Positions 28,555 to 38,441 of a stretch of 53,700 nt of DNA are shown here, piece after piece. The stretch is from Acidimicrobiia bacterium. GTDB lineage: Bacteria > Actinomycetota > Acidimicrobiia > Spongiisociales > UBA11373. Position 1 is the stretch's first letter. Every line of letters starts with the position of its first letter. Below the pieces are notes generated by a model. That model saw only the letters and a list, made by a program, of their open reading frames with translations. It had not been told where the DNA came from and ran no database searches. The position numbers were made by a program, and so were the translations under genes. Where the stretch lies: contig JBBDMM010000001.1 in the NCBI GenBank assembly GCA_040878325.1, positions 124,001-177,700 on the forward strand, read 5' to 3'.

Positions 28555-30078
28555 CTACACCTCGATCCACTGGAGGGCGGCTACCAGTTCGAGGGCCTCT
28601 GCGTAGTCGCCGCAGCGGGCCTCCACTGAGTCGGTCGGGGCGGTGGGGATCACCATACGGACGGGTGCACCCTCGCTGGAGTAGTCGAGGACTCTGAGCG
28701 GTGGGAGGACCGGGCGTTCCACGGAGATCACCTTCACCGGATCTGGGACTGGACTCGCGTTCACTCGATACAAGCCGACGAGAGTGCATGTCCCTCCCGT
28801 CGGAGTCGAGACTTCGAACCCATGGACCTCGGCGGTTACGTTGCCGTCGGCGTCCATGGTCTGCACCAACCCGATGGCTCGGGCGAAGTGGTATCCGTCC
28901 GGTAGTTCGATGTCGGTGAGCCCGATCGGCAACCGGCGGGGGGCGATCACGCCGTCAGGGGCGAATTCGAGGCGGGACACCTGGCCCGAGAACCAGTAGA
29001 GGGTGTCGGCGGTGGCCAGCATCGTGCCATCGATGCCGATCGGGGGCGAGAACGGGATCCACCCCGCTCCTGCCGCCTCGTAGATGGCCACCCCTACGCA
29101 GGTGCGCACCAGCGGCCGGCCGCCCACCGACAGCACCTCGGGGTCGCAGGCCGAGGCGCGCAGCGGCACAGAATCCACGAATGACCACAACATCGAATCG
29201 GGGGCATCGAGCACCGCCGCCTCGAGGCGCTGGTTCACCAGGAACGCGCCAAGGTCGGTGGCGGCGATGTCCTGCCCATCGGCGGCGATCGGGGTGCCGC
29301 CGAGGTCGAAGTGCCACGAGTCGGAATGAGCCTCCCAGCCGAACAGGAGGCCACGGTCCACCGTGAGGTGCCACTCTCCCGTCCAGGCGGATGAAGCCGG
29401 TCCGGTGATCGGGGGCCCTCCTCCGCTCTCGAGAGAACCCGTGGCTCCTGACACCAGGTCGAAGTAGAGCCCGAGTTCGGGGGCGACGAGACGGCTCGCC
29501 GGCGGAAGCGCAGGGTCGCCGAGCGGAATCTCCTGCCGCGAGACCAGATGATCGGGCCCAAGGAGCTCGAAAAACTCGCCGGTCAGTGGGCGCCACGTGC
29601 GCGACGTCGGGTCCAGGGCGGCCGCGGGGACGCAGGTCGGCTCAGCGGTGCGATCCACCCGGCCCCACAGAACCACCGGCGCCCAGAAGCCTCCAGCGAT
29701 CGCCACCGGGTCGGCCAGATCGCACATCTCGAAGTGGGGCAGCGGCATCAGTGCCCACGAGCCGTCGGCCGGGTCGTATACCCAGGCGTCCTGGAAGAAC
29801 AGCGACGGCGCCAGGTTCTCGTCGCTGTACCCGCCGGTGGTACCGCCGAATACGAAGATCTTCCCGGCGACGTCGGCGACGGCGATCTGCTCGCGGCCGG
29901 CGACCGGTGCACCCGGAACGACCTCCCACGCCGCCCCATACACGCCGTCGATGAAGGGCGCCGTGGTGCTGGTGGAAGCCGACGAAGGCGCCTGCAGCGG
30001 CTGGGTGGTGGGCCACATGAACACGACCGCACCCGCGGCCAAAACCACCGCAATGGGAAGGAAGCGCCGGGCTTTCAT
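28555..30078 (-). CDS. Secreted or membrane-anchored Kelch-like beta-propeller protein
   Basis: N-terminal hydrophobic segment, Ser/Thr linker, Kelch-like GKIFVFGG..YDPADGSW and LDPTSRTWR. Confidence 0.7.
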   Translation of the reverse strand: MKARRFLPIAVVLAAGAVVFMWPTTQPLQAPSSASTSTTAPFIDGVYGAAWEVVPGAPVAGREQIAVADVAGKIFVFGGTTGGYSDENLAPSLFFQDAWVYDPADGSWALMPLPHFEMCDLADPVAIAGGFWAPVVLWGRVDRTAEPTCVPAAALDPTSRTWRPLTGEFFELLGPDHLVSRQEIPLGDPALPPASRLVAPELGLYFDLVSGATGSLESGGGPPITGPASSAWTGEWHLTVDRGLLFGWEAHSDSWHFDLGGTPIAADGQDIAATDLGAFLVNQRLEAAVLDAPDSMLWSFVDSVPLRASACDPEVLSVGGRPLVRTCVGVAIYEAAGAGWIPFSPPIGIDGTMLATADTLYWFSGQVSRLEFAPDGVIAPRRLPIGLTDIELPDGYHFARAIGLVQTMDADGNVTAEVHGFEVSTPTGGTCTLVGLYRVNASPVPDPVKVISVERPVLPPLRVLDYSSEGAPVRMVIPTAPTDSVEARCGDYAEALELVAALQWIEV

Positions 30079-30119
30079 GGGTGAAGAGTAACGGCGGGGC
30101 CCCGATGCGCTGGGCCCCT

Positions 30120-30268
30120 GCAATTCGCAATACGCGATACGCGATACGACGACCACGCGGCTTCAACGCGTGCTGTCGTATCGCGAATTGCGCCGAGCGG
30201 CGACCGCTCCGCCGGCGGAGATGCCTGCAGAGGCACGCTGACGCGAGCCGCGGTTCTTGCGCATTGCG
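30120..30268. repeat. Inverted heptamer arrays
   Basis: GCAATTC GCAATAC GCGATAC GCGATAC GAC (30120-30150) facing GTC GTATCGC GAATTGC (30175-30191); TCTTGC GCATTGCG at 30255-30268. Confidence 0.85.
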
Positions 30269-30290
30269 GGAGGTCGGCGCAGCCGACCGA

Positions 30291-32549
30291 CTACGCCCCC
30301 ACTATCTCCCCATTGAGAAGCGAGTCGAGTTCGTCTACCGATACAAGGACGGCGCGGGCTTTGGACCCCTCGGAGGGTCCGACGATTCCCTGGCGCTCGA
30401 GGATGTCCATCACCCGCCCGGCGCGGGCAAAGCCGATCCGGAGCTTGCGTTGGAGCATCGAGGTGGAGCCGAGCTGGGAGCGGACGATCAGCTCGATCGC
30501 CTGACGAACGATGTCGCCGTCTTCTCCCTCGAACTCTTCCTCGTCGGCCCTTGCCGCCTCGGCTGCCTCGAAGACCGCTTCGTAACGAGCCTTGCGCTGG
30601 TTGCGCACGTATTCGACCACAGCGTGGATCTCGGATTCGCTGACCCACGCGCCCTGAATCCGGCGGGCGTGGGGGTCGCGGGCGGTGACGACGATCATGT
30701 CGCCGAGCCCGATCAGCTTCTCGGCGCCCGACAGGTCGAGGATCACCCGGCTGTCCGCCTGTGACGCCACCGAGAACGCCAGCCGCGACGGGATGTTGGC
30801 CTTGATCACGCCGGTGATCACATCGACCGAGGGGCGCTGGGTGGCGATGACGAGATGGATGCCGACAGCCCGGGCCATCTGGGCGATGCGCACGACAGCA
30901 TCCTCCACCGCGCGGCCCGCGACCATCATCAGGTCGTTCAGCTCGTCGACCACCACCACGATGAACGGGAAGCGGTCGTAGTGCTCGCCCTCGAGCATGC
31001 CGCGATCGAACTTCTCGTGGTAGCCGTCGATGTCACGCACCCCTCCCTCGGCGAGCAGGTCGTACCGGCGATCCATCTCGCGCACCGCCCACTGGAGGGC
31101 GTCGGCCGCCTTCTTCGGGTTGGTGATAACCCGGGTGAGCAGGTGGGGAACGTCGTTGTACTGGCCGAGTTCCACCCGCTTCGGGTCCACCAGGATCATC
31201 CGCACCTCTTCGGGCGTGGTGCGGAAGAGCAGCGACGTGACGATGGCATTGATGCACGACGACTTGCCCGCCCCCGTGGCACCGGCAATGAGCACATGGG
31301 GCAGTTCCCCCAGGTTGATCATCTGGGCGCGGCCGGAGATGTCCATGCCGAGGGCGACCTCGAGGGGGTGGACCGCCTCCTTGGCCTCGGGACTGCGCAG
31401 GATGTCACCGAGGGTCACCAAACGACGACGCCGGTTGGGTACCTCGACGCCGATCGCGCTCTTCCCGGGGATCGGGGCGAGGATGCGGACGTCGGGGGTG
31501 GCGAGGGCGTAGGCGATGTCATGCGACAGCCCGGTGACCCGGGCGACCTTGACCCCGGGAGCGAGCTCGATCTCGAATCGGGTGACCGTGGGGCCGGGGA
31601 CGATCCGGGTGAGACGGGCATCCACGCCGTGCTGGATGAAGGTCTGCTCCAACTCGCGCGCCGTCTCGTCGAGCGCCTTCTTCGACTGGCCGGCGCCACC
31701 TCCGAGTTCGAGCAGTTCGAGCGGCGGGAGCGAGTAACCCTGTGTCGGCGCGGACCGCACGGGCTGGGGCGATGCGCCAACACGCCGCTTGGGCACCGAC
31801 CCCGGATTGCCCTGGACGAGAATCTCCGGCCCGGGATCGGGTCGCGGTTCGGGCTTGGAAGACACCAGCCGCGGCGGTGACTGGCGCACCTCGACCACGG
31901 GGGCCCGACGGCGGTTGCCGCTACCTCTGATTCGAGCCCAGCCAGCGCGGAGCAGGTCGGCAACCGTGTGACCCGCCTCGCGCACCGTGGTGCGGGTCAT
32001 CAGCAGCACCCCCAGCGCGGTGAACGCCACCAGGATGGTGAACGCACCCCAGAACCCGACGACGCGGCGCAACGGGAACGCGATCAGCGAGCCGATCGCT
32101 CCGCCCCTCTCCTTGACGAGGTCGAGCGAGTCGGCAAGCGACACCGTGCCGGTCATCAAATGGAACATCGCCAGCGTCGAGAGGAAGGTGATGATGAACC
32201 CGCTCACCAGGCGGCGGTACTCCTCGCGGCGTCGGGTGATCACCAGAAGTGCGCCGAGGACGACGAGCAGCACGCCGACGACATAGCCCCAGACTCCGAA
32301 CAAGACCTGCAGACCGGTTACCAGGCCCTTTCCGAACGGACCGGCGAGGCCAAAGAAGGCGAGGCCGACGAGGACGCCGCCGACGAGCAGGATCACGCCC
32401 CAGACGTCGTCGGCGTTGCTCCCGAACCCGTCGCGGATTCGTTCTCTCAGGGCCGCCAGCGCGGAAGACCCCGATTTTTGCTGAGTTTTGGTGGTGCCGG
32501 TAGCCCGCGCCCGCCCCGAGCCCCGGCGGGCAGGCTTCCGTGTTGCCAT
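30291..32549 (-). CDS. ftsK: DNA translocase FtsK
   Basis: N-terminal 4-TM domain, GATGAGKS, DPKRVE, ATQRPSVDV, gamma domain STSMLQRKLRIGFARAGR. Confidence 0.97.
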   Translation of the reverse strand: MATRKPARRGSGRARATGTTKTQQKSGSSALAALRERIRDGFGSNADDVWGVILLVGGVLVGLAFFGLAGPFGKGLVTGLQVLFGVWGYVVGVLLVVLGALLVITRRREEYRRLVSGFIITFLSTLAMFHLMTGTVSLADSLDLVKERGGAIGSLIAFPLRRVVGFWGAFTILVAFTALGVLLMTRTTVREAGHTVADLLRAGWARIRGSGNRRRAPVVEVRQSPPRLVSSKPEPRPDPGPEILVQGNPGSVPKRRVGASPQPVRSAPTQGYSLPPLELLELGGGAGQSKKALDETARELEQTFIQHGVDARLTRIVPGPTVTRFEIELAPGVKVARVTGLSHDIAYALATPDVRILAPIPGKSAIGVEVPNRRRRLVTLGDILRSPEAKEAVHPLEVALGMDISGRAQMINLGELPHVLIAGATGAGKSSCINAIVTSLLFRTTPEEVRMILVDPKRVELGQYNDVPHLLTRVITNPKKAADALQWAVREMDRRYDLLAEGGVRDIDGYHEKFDRGMLEGEHYDRFPFIVVVVDELNDLMMVAGRAVEDAVVRIAQMARAVGIHLVIATQRPSVDVITGVIKANIPSRLAFSVASQADSRVILDLSGAEKLIGLGDMIVVTARDPHARRIQGAWVSESEIHAVVEYVRNQRKARYEAVFEAAEAARADEEEFEGEDGDIVRQAIELIVRSQLGSTSMLQRKLRIGFARAGRVMDILERQGIVGPSEGSKARAVLVSVDELDSLLNGEIVGA

Positions 32550-32602
32550 GTGCGAGCCAGGGTAGGGCAGGGGTGGGCTAGAACAAACGATTGTCCGACA
32601 AA

Positions 32603-32698
32603 GCCCCGGCTCCAGCCCCGGCCCCAGCCAGACCGGTACCAGTAAGGGCCGACCCCGATGCCTCTGGCTGGAGCAGGAGCAGTGGCTGGAGCTGGAGG
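32603..32698. repeat. Inverted hexamer arrays
   Basis: GCCCCG GCTCCA GCCCCG GCCCCA GCCAGA facing TCTGGC TGGAGC AGGAGC AGTGGC TGGAGC TGGAGG. Confidence 0.7.
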
Positions 32699-32712
32699 TC
32701 TAGCCCGGAGGG

Positions 32713-34344
32713 CTAAACCTCCAGGACTACTGGTATCACCACCGGCTTCTTCTGGGTTTCGTTGCTGATTACCCGGTTGACGGCGCCGCGGGCATGGCGT
32801 TCGACTTGTTCTGCATCGACCGGCACTTCGATCGAGCCGAGAACGTCGACCACGGCCTTGGCCGCCTTGGCGAACACGGCCTCGGGATCGTCCATGAAGC
32901 CGTGGCTGTCGAGGTCGGGGCCCTGGATGATCTCTCCGGTGGACACGTCGACGGCGAGCGTGACCACCACCACCCCATCCTCGGACAGGTGCCTGCGGTC
33001 ACGGATGATCCCGTGCACCGAGCCGGCCACCTCGAGGCCGTCGACATACACATGCGAGGCAGAGATCGCCCCCTTCTCCATCCGGGCCTTGCCCTTGTCG
33101 AGGACGATGGCGTCGCCGTCGGCGCAAAGGAACACCTCCGGAACCTTCATCTCCTCGGCTAGCTCGGCGTGGGCCTTCAAGTGGCGATATTCGCCGTGGA
33201 TCGGTACCAGCGCTTGGGGCCTGACGACGTTGATGAAGGTCTTCAACTCGTCCCGGGCCGCATGTCCCGACACGTGGACCTCGGAGTTGTTGCCGTGGAA
33301 CACCCGGGCGCCACGGCGCAACAGGCCGTTGATCACCCGCGACACTTTCATCTCGTTGCCGGGGATCGGCCGGGCCGAGATCAGGACGGTGTCGCCCTCG
33401 GTGATCTTCACCCAACGGTGCTCCCCCGCCGCCATCAATGAGAGCGCCGAGAACGGCTCGCCCTGGCTGCCGGTCGACACGAGCGCGGTCTTCTCCGGGG
33501 GAAGGCGCAACAGCTCCTCGATCGGGAGCACCGCGTCAGGAGGGACGTCGATCAACCCGAGCGACTCGGCGATGGGGACGTTGCGCACCATCGACCGTCC
33601 CATCAGTCCGACGAACCGACCCGCGTCGACCGCGGCGTTCACTATCTGTTGCACCCGATGAATGTGGCTGGCGAAGCACGCCGCGATCAACCGGCCCTTG
33701 GTCTCCACCACGATCTCATAGAGCGGCTGGGCGAGGCTCGACTCGGAGGGGACGAACCCGGGCACCTCGGCGTTGGTGCTGTCGGATAGCAGCAACCTCA
33801 CTCCCTGGCGGCCGAGGTCGGCGAATTGGGGCAGGTCGGTGGGCACGCTGTCGATGGGGGTCGGATCCAGCTTGAAGTCGCCGCTGTGCACCACGATCCC
33901 CTCGGGCGTGTCGAAGGCGATCCCGGCACCCTGGGGAATGGAGTGCGACACCGGGATCAGCATGAAGCGGAAGGGCTTGTGGTCGATCCACTCGCCGGTG
34001 GCGACGGCACGCATGTCGGCATCGATACCGGCTTCGTCGATGCGCGACCGGGCGAATGCCACCGCCAGCGGGGTGCCATAGACGGGCACGTTCACCTCGC
34101 GCAGGAGGTAGAAGAGGGCCCCGACATGGTCCTCGTGTCCGTGGGTGAGGACCACGCACTCGAGGTCGTCAGCCCGTGCCACGATCGGAGAGAGGTCGGG
34201 TAGCACCAGATCCACCCCGAGCATGTGCTCGTCCGGGAACATGAGCCCGCAGTCGATCAGCGCCAGTTTCCCGTCGATCTCGAGAACCGCGCAGTTGCGA
34301 CCAATGTTGCCCAGCCCACCGAGAAACGAGACGCGGACGCTCAT
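32713..34344 (-). CDS. rnj: Ribonuclease J
   Basis: LGGLGNIGRN, THGHEDHVG, HSGDFK, TGSQGE, HVSGH, PIHGE. Confidence 0.96.
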   Translation of the reverse strand: MSVRVSFLGGLGNIGRNCAVLEIDGKLALIDCGLMFPDEHMLGVDLVLPDLSPIVARADDLECVVLTHGHEDHVGALFYLLREVNVPVYGTPLAVAFARSRIDEAGIDADMRAVATGEWIDHKPFRFMLIPVSHSIPQGAGIAFDTPEGIVVHSGDFKLDPTPIDSVPTDLPQFADLGRQGVRLLLSDSTNAEVPGFVPSESSLAQPLYEIVVETKGRLIAACFASHIHRVQQIVNAAVDAGRFVGLMGRSMVRNVPIAESLGLIDVPPDAVLPIEELLRLPPEKTALVSTGSQGEPFSALSLMAAGEHRWVKITEGDTVLISARPIPGNEMKVSRVINGLLRRGARVFHGNNSEVHVSGHAARDELKTFINVVRPQALVPIHGEYRHLKAHAELAEEMKVPEVFLCADGDAIVLDKGKARMEKGAISASHVYVDGLEVAGSVHGIIRDRRHLSEDGVVVVTLAVDVSTGEIIQGPDLDSHGFMDDPEAVFAKAAKAVVDVLGSIEVPVDAEQVERHARGAVNRVISNETQKKPVVIPVVLEV

Positions 34345-35231
34345 GTGTCGCGGGCGCCCGCCAGCGCCTCCTTGATGCGGTCCACCGTGTCGGATGCCGC
34401 CGCCACCAGGGGCAGGCGGGGCCGACCCACCGGACGCCACAACGCGTCCATTGCCGCCTTCACCGGGATCGGGTTGGGCTCGACGAACAGCGAGGTGAAC
34501 AGCGGCGTCAGAGCGAGGTGCAGGCGACGGGCCTCGGCGAAGTCGCCCTCGGCTGCTGCAGCCACCATCGCGGCGATTTGGTCGCCGGCGAGGTGCGCTG
34601 CCACCGACACGATCCCCACCGCCCCCACCGCCATCATCGGCAAGGTGAGGATGTCGTCCCCGGAGTAGATCGCGAAGTCGTCGGGGCAGGCACGCCGGGT
34701 GCTGGTAGTGAAGGCCAAGTCGCCCACCGCATCCTTCACGGCAACGATCCGCTCGTGCGCCGCCAGGCGGGCCAGCGTGTCGACTTCGATCAAGCGGGCG
34801 GTACGGGACGGGATGTTGTAGAGCAGGACGGGCACTGTCGAGGCGTCGGCGATCGCGGTGAAGTGCTCGAAGAGGCCCTGCTGGGGCGGGCGGGAGTAGT
34901 AGGGCGTCACCGCCATGACTCCCGAACAGCCCAACTCGCAGGCCAATCTCGTCAGGTGGACCGACTCGGCGGTGTCGTACGAGCCGGTGCCGGCCAGCAC
35001 CGCAGCACGGTTACCCACCGCTTCGACGACCGTGCGGAACAGCGAGAGCTTCTCGTCCTCCGAAAGGGTGGGCGACTCGCCGGTGGTGCCCGCCACCACG
35101 ACGCCGTCGGACCCGGTCTCCACCAGATGGACCGCCAGCTCCCAAACCGCCCCGTAGTCGACCGCCCCCTCAGAGTCGAAGGGCGTGATCATTGCAGTCA
35201 GCACGCGGCCGAATGGTGGGGTCAGGGACAT
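34341..35231 (-). CDS. dapA: 4-hydroxy-tetrahydrodipicolinate synthase
   Basis: GTTGESPTL, TPYYS, LYNIP, VKDA, SGDD, EPNPIPVK. Confidence 0.96.
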   Translation of the reverse strand: MSLTPPFGRVLTAMITPFDSEGAVDYGAVWELAVHLVETGSDGVVVAGTTGESPTLSEDEKLSLFRTVVEAVGNRAAVLAGTGSYDTAESVHLTRLACELGCSGVMAVTPYYSRPPQQGLFEHFTAIADASTVPVLLYNIPSRTARLIEVDTLARLAAHERIVAVKDAVGDLAFTTSTRRACPDDFAIYSGDDILTLPMMAVGAVGIVSVAAHLAGDQIAAMVAAAAEGDFAEARRLHLALTPLFTSLFVEPNPIPVKAAMDALWRPVGRPRLPLVAAASDTVDRIKEALAGARDT

Positions 35232-35261
35232 CAAGATCTCCTGTGTGTCTGGTAGGACGGT

Positions 35262-35367
35262 AGTCGCGAGTCTCCAGTCGCCAGTCCCCAGTCCCCAGCA
35301 AGAACGAAGTGGGCGCGCCGATTCGGATCGGGTCTGCCTGGTGACTGGCGACTGGTGACTGGAGACT
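35262..35367. repeat. Inverted heptamer arrays (AGTCNCC family)
   Basis: AGTCGCG AGTCTCC AGTCGCC AGTCCCC AGTCCCC AGCAAGA facing CTGGTGA CTGGCGA CTGGTGA CTGGAGA CT. Confidence 0.92.
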
Positions 35368-35413
35368 CACCTATCCTCGGAATCCCAACGGCGCGCGATC
35401 CGTTGTAACGCAC

Positions 35414-36247
35414 ATGGACCATGTCAAGGACATCGATCAGCAGGACTTTGGGCGCGAGGTGCTGCAGCGCAGCGAGGAAGTGCCGGTCGTCGTCGACTTC
35501 TGGGCCGAGTGGTGCGGGCCGTGCAAGACGCTCGGGCCGACGCTCGAGAAGGTGGCCGAGGCCCATAGGGGTGCCTTCGAGCTGGTGAAGATCGATGTCG
35601 ACGCCAACCAGGCGCTCGCCGCTCAGTTCGGCATCAAGTCGATTCCCACCGTCATGGCCTTCAAGAACGGCAAGCCCGTCGGCCAGTTCATGGGGGCAAT
35701 CCCTGAGACCCAGGTGCGCCAATGGGTCGACACGCTCCTCCCCACCGAAGAGGACCGCATGGTCGACCGGGCCAGAGACCTGGTACTCGACGGCGACGAG
35801 ACCGCGGCCGAGACCATCCTCCGCGACGTGGTCGCGCGGGTCCCCGGCCATGAGGAGGGCGCCACCGCCCTGGCCTCGATGCTGATCGCCCGCGGCGACA
35901 CCGAAGAAGCCCTGATCGTTCTCGGGCGGCTCCCCCGAACCGCCGAGGTGGAACGCCTCGAGGCCGCCGCCCGGGTGACCGCAGCGCAAGAGATCGACCT
36001 CACCGCCATCGAACGTCGCCTCGCCGCCGACCCCGACGACCAGTCCGCTCTGCTCGAACTGGGTCAGGCCCTGGCGGCCCGCGGCGAGTACGAACCGGCT
36101 CTCGACCGCCTCCTCGAAGTCGTCAAGGCAGGCGGCGACCTACGCGATCCCGCCCGCCAGGCGATGGTGGACGTCTTCGGAATCCTGGGGGCGGATCATC
36201 CGGTAGCGGTCTCGTATCGGAGAGCGCTGGCGAACGCGCTGTTCTGA
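35414..36247 (+). CDS. Thioredoxin with C-terminal TPR domain (YbbN/CnoX-like)
   Basis: VDFWAEWCGPCK, SIPTV, helical C-terminus ending YRRALANALF. Confidence 0.92.
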   Translation: MDHVKDIDQQDFGREVLQRSEEVPVVVDFWAEWCGPCKTLGPTLEKVAEAHRGAFELVKIDVDANQALAAQFGIKSIPTVMAFKNGKPVGQFMGAIPETQVRQWVDTLLPTEEDRMVDRARDLVLDGDETAAETILRDVVARVPGHEEGATALASMLIARGDTEEALIVLGRLPRTAEVERLEAAARVTAAQEIDLTAIERRLAADPDDQSALLELGQALAARGEYEPALDRLLEVVKAGGDLRDPARQAMVDVFGILGADHPVAVSYRRALANALF

Positions 36248-36249
36248 AG

Positions 36250-36378
36250 AGTCTCCAGTCGCCAGTCTCCAGTCCCCAGTCAAACAAGACATCGCCATCG
36301 CTCAAAGACGGGAGGAGATCGCGTTCGCGTGGTCGAGCGCTTCTTGCTGGAGACTGGAGACTGGAGACTGGGGACTGG
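36250..36378. repeat. Inverted heptamer arrays (AGTCNCC family)
   Basis: AGTCTCC AGTCGCC AGTCTCC AGTCCCC AGTC facing TCTTG(CTGGAGA)x3 CTGGGGA CTGG. Confidence 0.92.
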
Positions 36379-36380
36379 CC

Positions 36381-37142
36381 TCAAATCCCCAACAACCCCT
36401 CCAAACCCACCGTCACTGGATCGGGTAGTCCGGCCACCGATCGGATGGCGAGCAGGACTCCTGGCATGAATGATGCCCGGTCGGTGGTGTCGTGGCGGAT
36501 GGTCAGGGTTTCGCCGGGGGAGCCGAACAGCACCTCTTGATGGGCAAGCATCCCCGGCAGGCGAATCGAGTGGATGCGGGGGCCGGCCGCCGCACCGCGC
36601 GCACCGGGAAGCAGCTCCTCCGATTCGACCGTGCGCTCCTGACGGCCCCCGGCTTCGGTGATCCGCGCTGCGGTGGTGATGGCCGTCCCCGAGGGGGCAT
36701 CCGCTTTCTTGTCGTGATGCAGTTCGACGATCTCCGAAGCGGAAAAGTGCGGGGCGGCGAGTTCGGCGAACCGCATCATCAGGATCGCCCCGATGGAGAA
36801 GTTGGGAACCACCAGGCAATTGGGCGGCCCGCCCCCCCACTGTTCCCTGAGGGCTGCGATCCGGGCCGCGTCGAATCCGGAGGTGCCCACCACCGCGTGG
36901 ACTCCGAGATCGCGCCACGCTGCCAGGTTGGGCATCACCACGTCAGGCATCGTGAACTCGACGACCACCTCGGCCTCGCCGACGACGACGGGATCCGATG
37001 CGACGACGACCCCGGAGATGGTCTCGCCGGCGTGGGAAGGATCGAACGCCGCCACCAGTTCGAGGTCGGGCTCCCCAGCAACCGTCTCGATGACGAGGCG
37101 GCCCATCCGGCCGCCCGCCCCGGATACGGCGACGCGTGTCAT
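36381..37142 (-). CDS. dapB: 4-hydroxy-tetrahydrodipicolinate reductase
   Basis: GAGGRMG, VGTSG, PNFSIGA, ELHHDKKADAPSGTA. Confidence 0.97.
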   Translation of the reverse strand: MTRVAVSGAGGRMGRLVIETVAGEPDLELVAAFDPSHAGETISGVVVASDPVVVGEAEVVVEFTMPDVVMPNLAAWRDLGVHAVVGTSGFDAARIAALREQWGGGPPNCLVVPNFSIGAILMMRFAELAAPHFSASEIVELHHDKKADAPSGTAITTAARITEAGGRQERTVESEELLPGARGAAAGPRIHSIRLPGMLAHQEVLFGSPGETLTIRHDTTDRASFMPGVLLAIRSVAGLPDPVTVGLEGLLGI

Positions 37143-38389
37143 GCCACGTACGTTTCCAGGTCGGCGGCGTCGAAGGGGCCGACGGCGCCGATGACGTACG
37201 GGCCTGAATAGACCTCTTTGGCGACCGCGTGGACATCCTCGAGGCTCACCGCGTCGATGCTGGCCACGGTCTCGTCGAGGGAGAGGTGGGGAACACCGGT
37301 CAGCTCATGCCGGCCCAACCGCACCATCCGGCTGTTGGTGTCCTCCATCGACAGGGCAAGGGATCCCTTCATGTTGCCTTTGGCGCGGTCCAGTTCCTCG
37401 GGCGTGATCCCCCACTCGATCAGTTGGCCGAGTTCCGCCCGGATCAGTTCGAGTACCTGCTGGGTCTGGGTCGGAGTAGTGCCCACGTAGACGCCAAAGG
37501 CACCGGAGTCGGCGTACGGCATCCGGAAGGCGTACACCGCGTAGGCCAGACCGCGCTCTTCCCGGATCTCCCGGAACAGGCGGCTCGACATGCCGCCGCC
37601 GAGGACATGGTTGAGGATCCCGAAGGCGAATCGGCGGTCGTCGCCGCGGGTGAGCGCCTCGCCCCCGATGACCAGGTGGGCCTGCTCGGTGTCGCGGCGC
37701 ACCACTTCAACGTTCGACCTCATCGTCGGAGGCTCCAGGTCGCGTCCGGGCACGGTGCCGTCCCAGGTGCCGAACCGATCGGCGGCCATCTTGACCACCT
37801 CGTCGTGGTCGATGTGCCCGGCGGCGGCGATCACCACCGTGGAAGGGTGATAGCGCCGTGACCAATACTCCGAGATGACTTCTCGACCCATTGCGTTGAT
37901 CGACTCTCGGGTGCCCAGCACCGGCTTCGCCAGAACGTGCTGGTCCCACAGCGCCTGCGCGAACTGATCGTGGGCGACGTCGGACGGGTCGTCCTCGTTC
38001 ATGTTGATCTCTTCGAGGACCACGTTCGACTCGGAGGCGATGTCGTCCGCACGGAAGGACGGGCGCTGAAGCATCTCGGAGAGCAGACCGAGACCCATGG
38101 AGACATCCTCGTCGCGCAACTGCGCCCAATAACAGGTGTACTCCTTCGAGGTGAAGGCATTGGAGCGAGCGCCGACCGAATCAAAAGCCTCGGCGATCTC
38201 GCGGGCACCCAGTAGTTCGGTCCCCTTGAAGAGCAAGTGCTCGAGAAAGTGCGAGCAACCGGCCTCAGCACCGATCTCGTCACGGCTCCCCGTATCCACC
38301 CAACACCCCACAGCCACCGACCGCACCGAAGGCATGGTCTCGGTGATCACACGCAAACCATTGGGAAGAACGGTGAGGAGGTGGTCCAT
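37139..38389 (-). CDS. M16 family zinc peptidase
   Basis: HFLEHLLFKGT (HxxEH), NAFTSKE, GGGMSSRLF.EIRE.RGLAY. Confidence 0.95.
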   Translation of the reverse strand: MDHLLTVLPNGLRVITETMPSVRSVAVGCWVDTGSRDEIGAEAGCSHFLEHLLFKGTELLGAREIAEAFDSVGARSNAFTSKEYTCYWAQLRDEDVSMGLGLLSEMLQRPSFRADDIASESNVVLEEINMNEDDPSDVAHDQFAQALWDQHVLAKPVLGTRESINAMGREVISEYWSRRYHPSTVVIAAAGHIDHDEVVKMAADRFGTWDGTVPGRDLEPPTMRSNVEVVRRDTEQAHLVIGGEALTRGDDRRFAFGILNHVLGGGMSSRLFREIREERGLAYAVYAFRMPYADSGAFGVYVGTTPTQTQQVLELIRAELGQLIEWGITPEELDRAKGNMKGSLALSMEDTNSRMVRLGRHELTGVPHLSLDETVASIDAVSLEDVHAVAKEVYSGPYVIGAVGPFDAADLETYVA

Positions 38390-38416
38390 GGCTGGACGAT
38401 GGTACCCATCGTCCAG

Positions 38417-38433
38417 AGTCTCCAGTCTCCAGT
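38417..38433. repeat. Left heptamer arm of the four-helix-bundle locus
   Basis: AGTCTCC AGTCTCC AGT. Confidence 0.8.
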
Positions 38434-38441
38434 TCCGCTCA

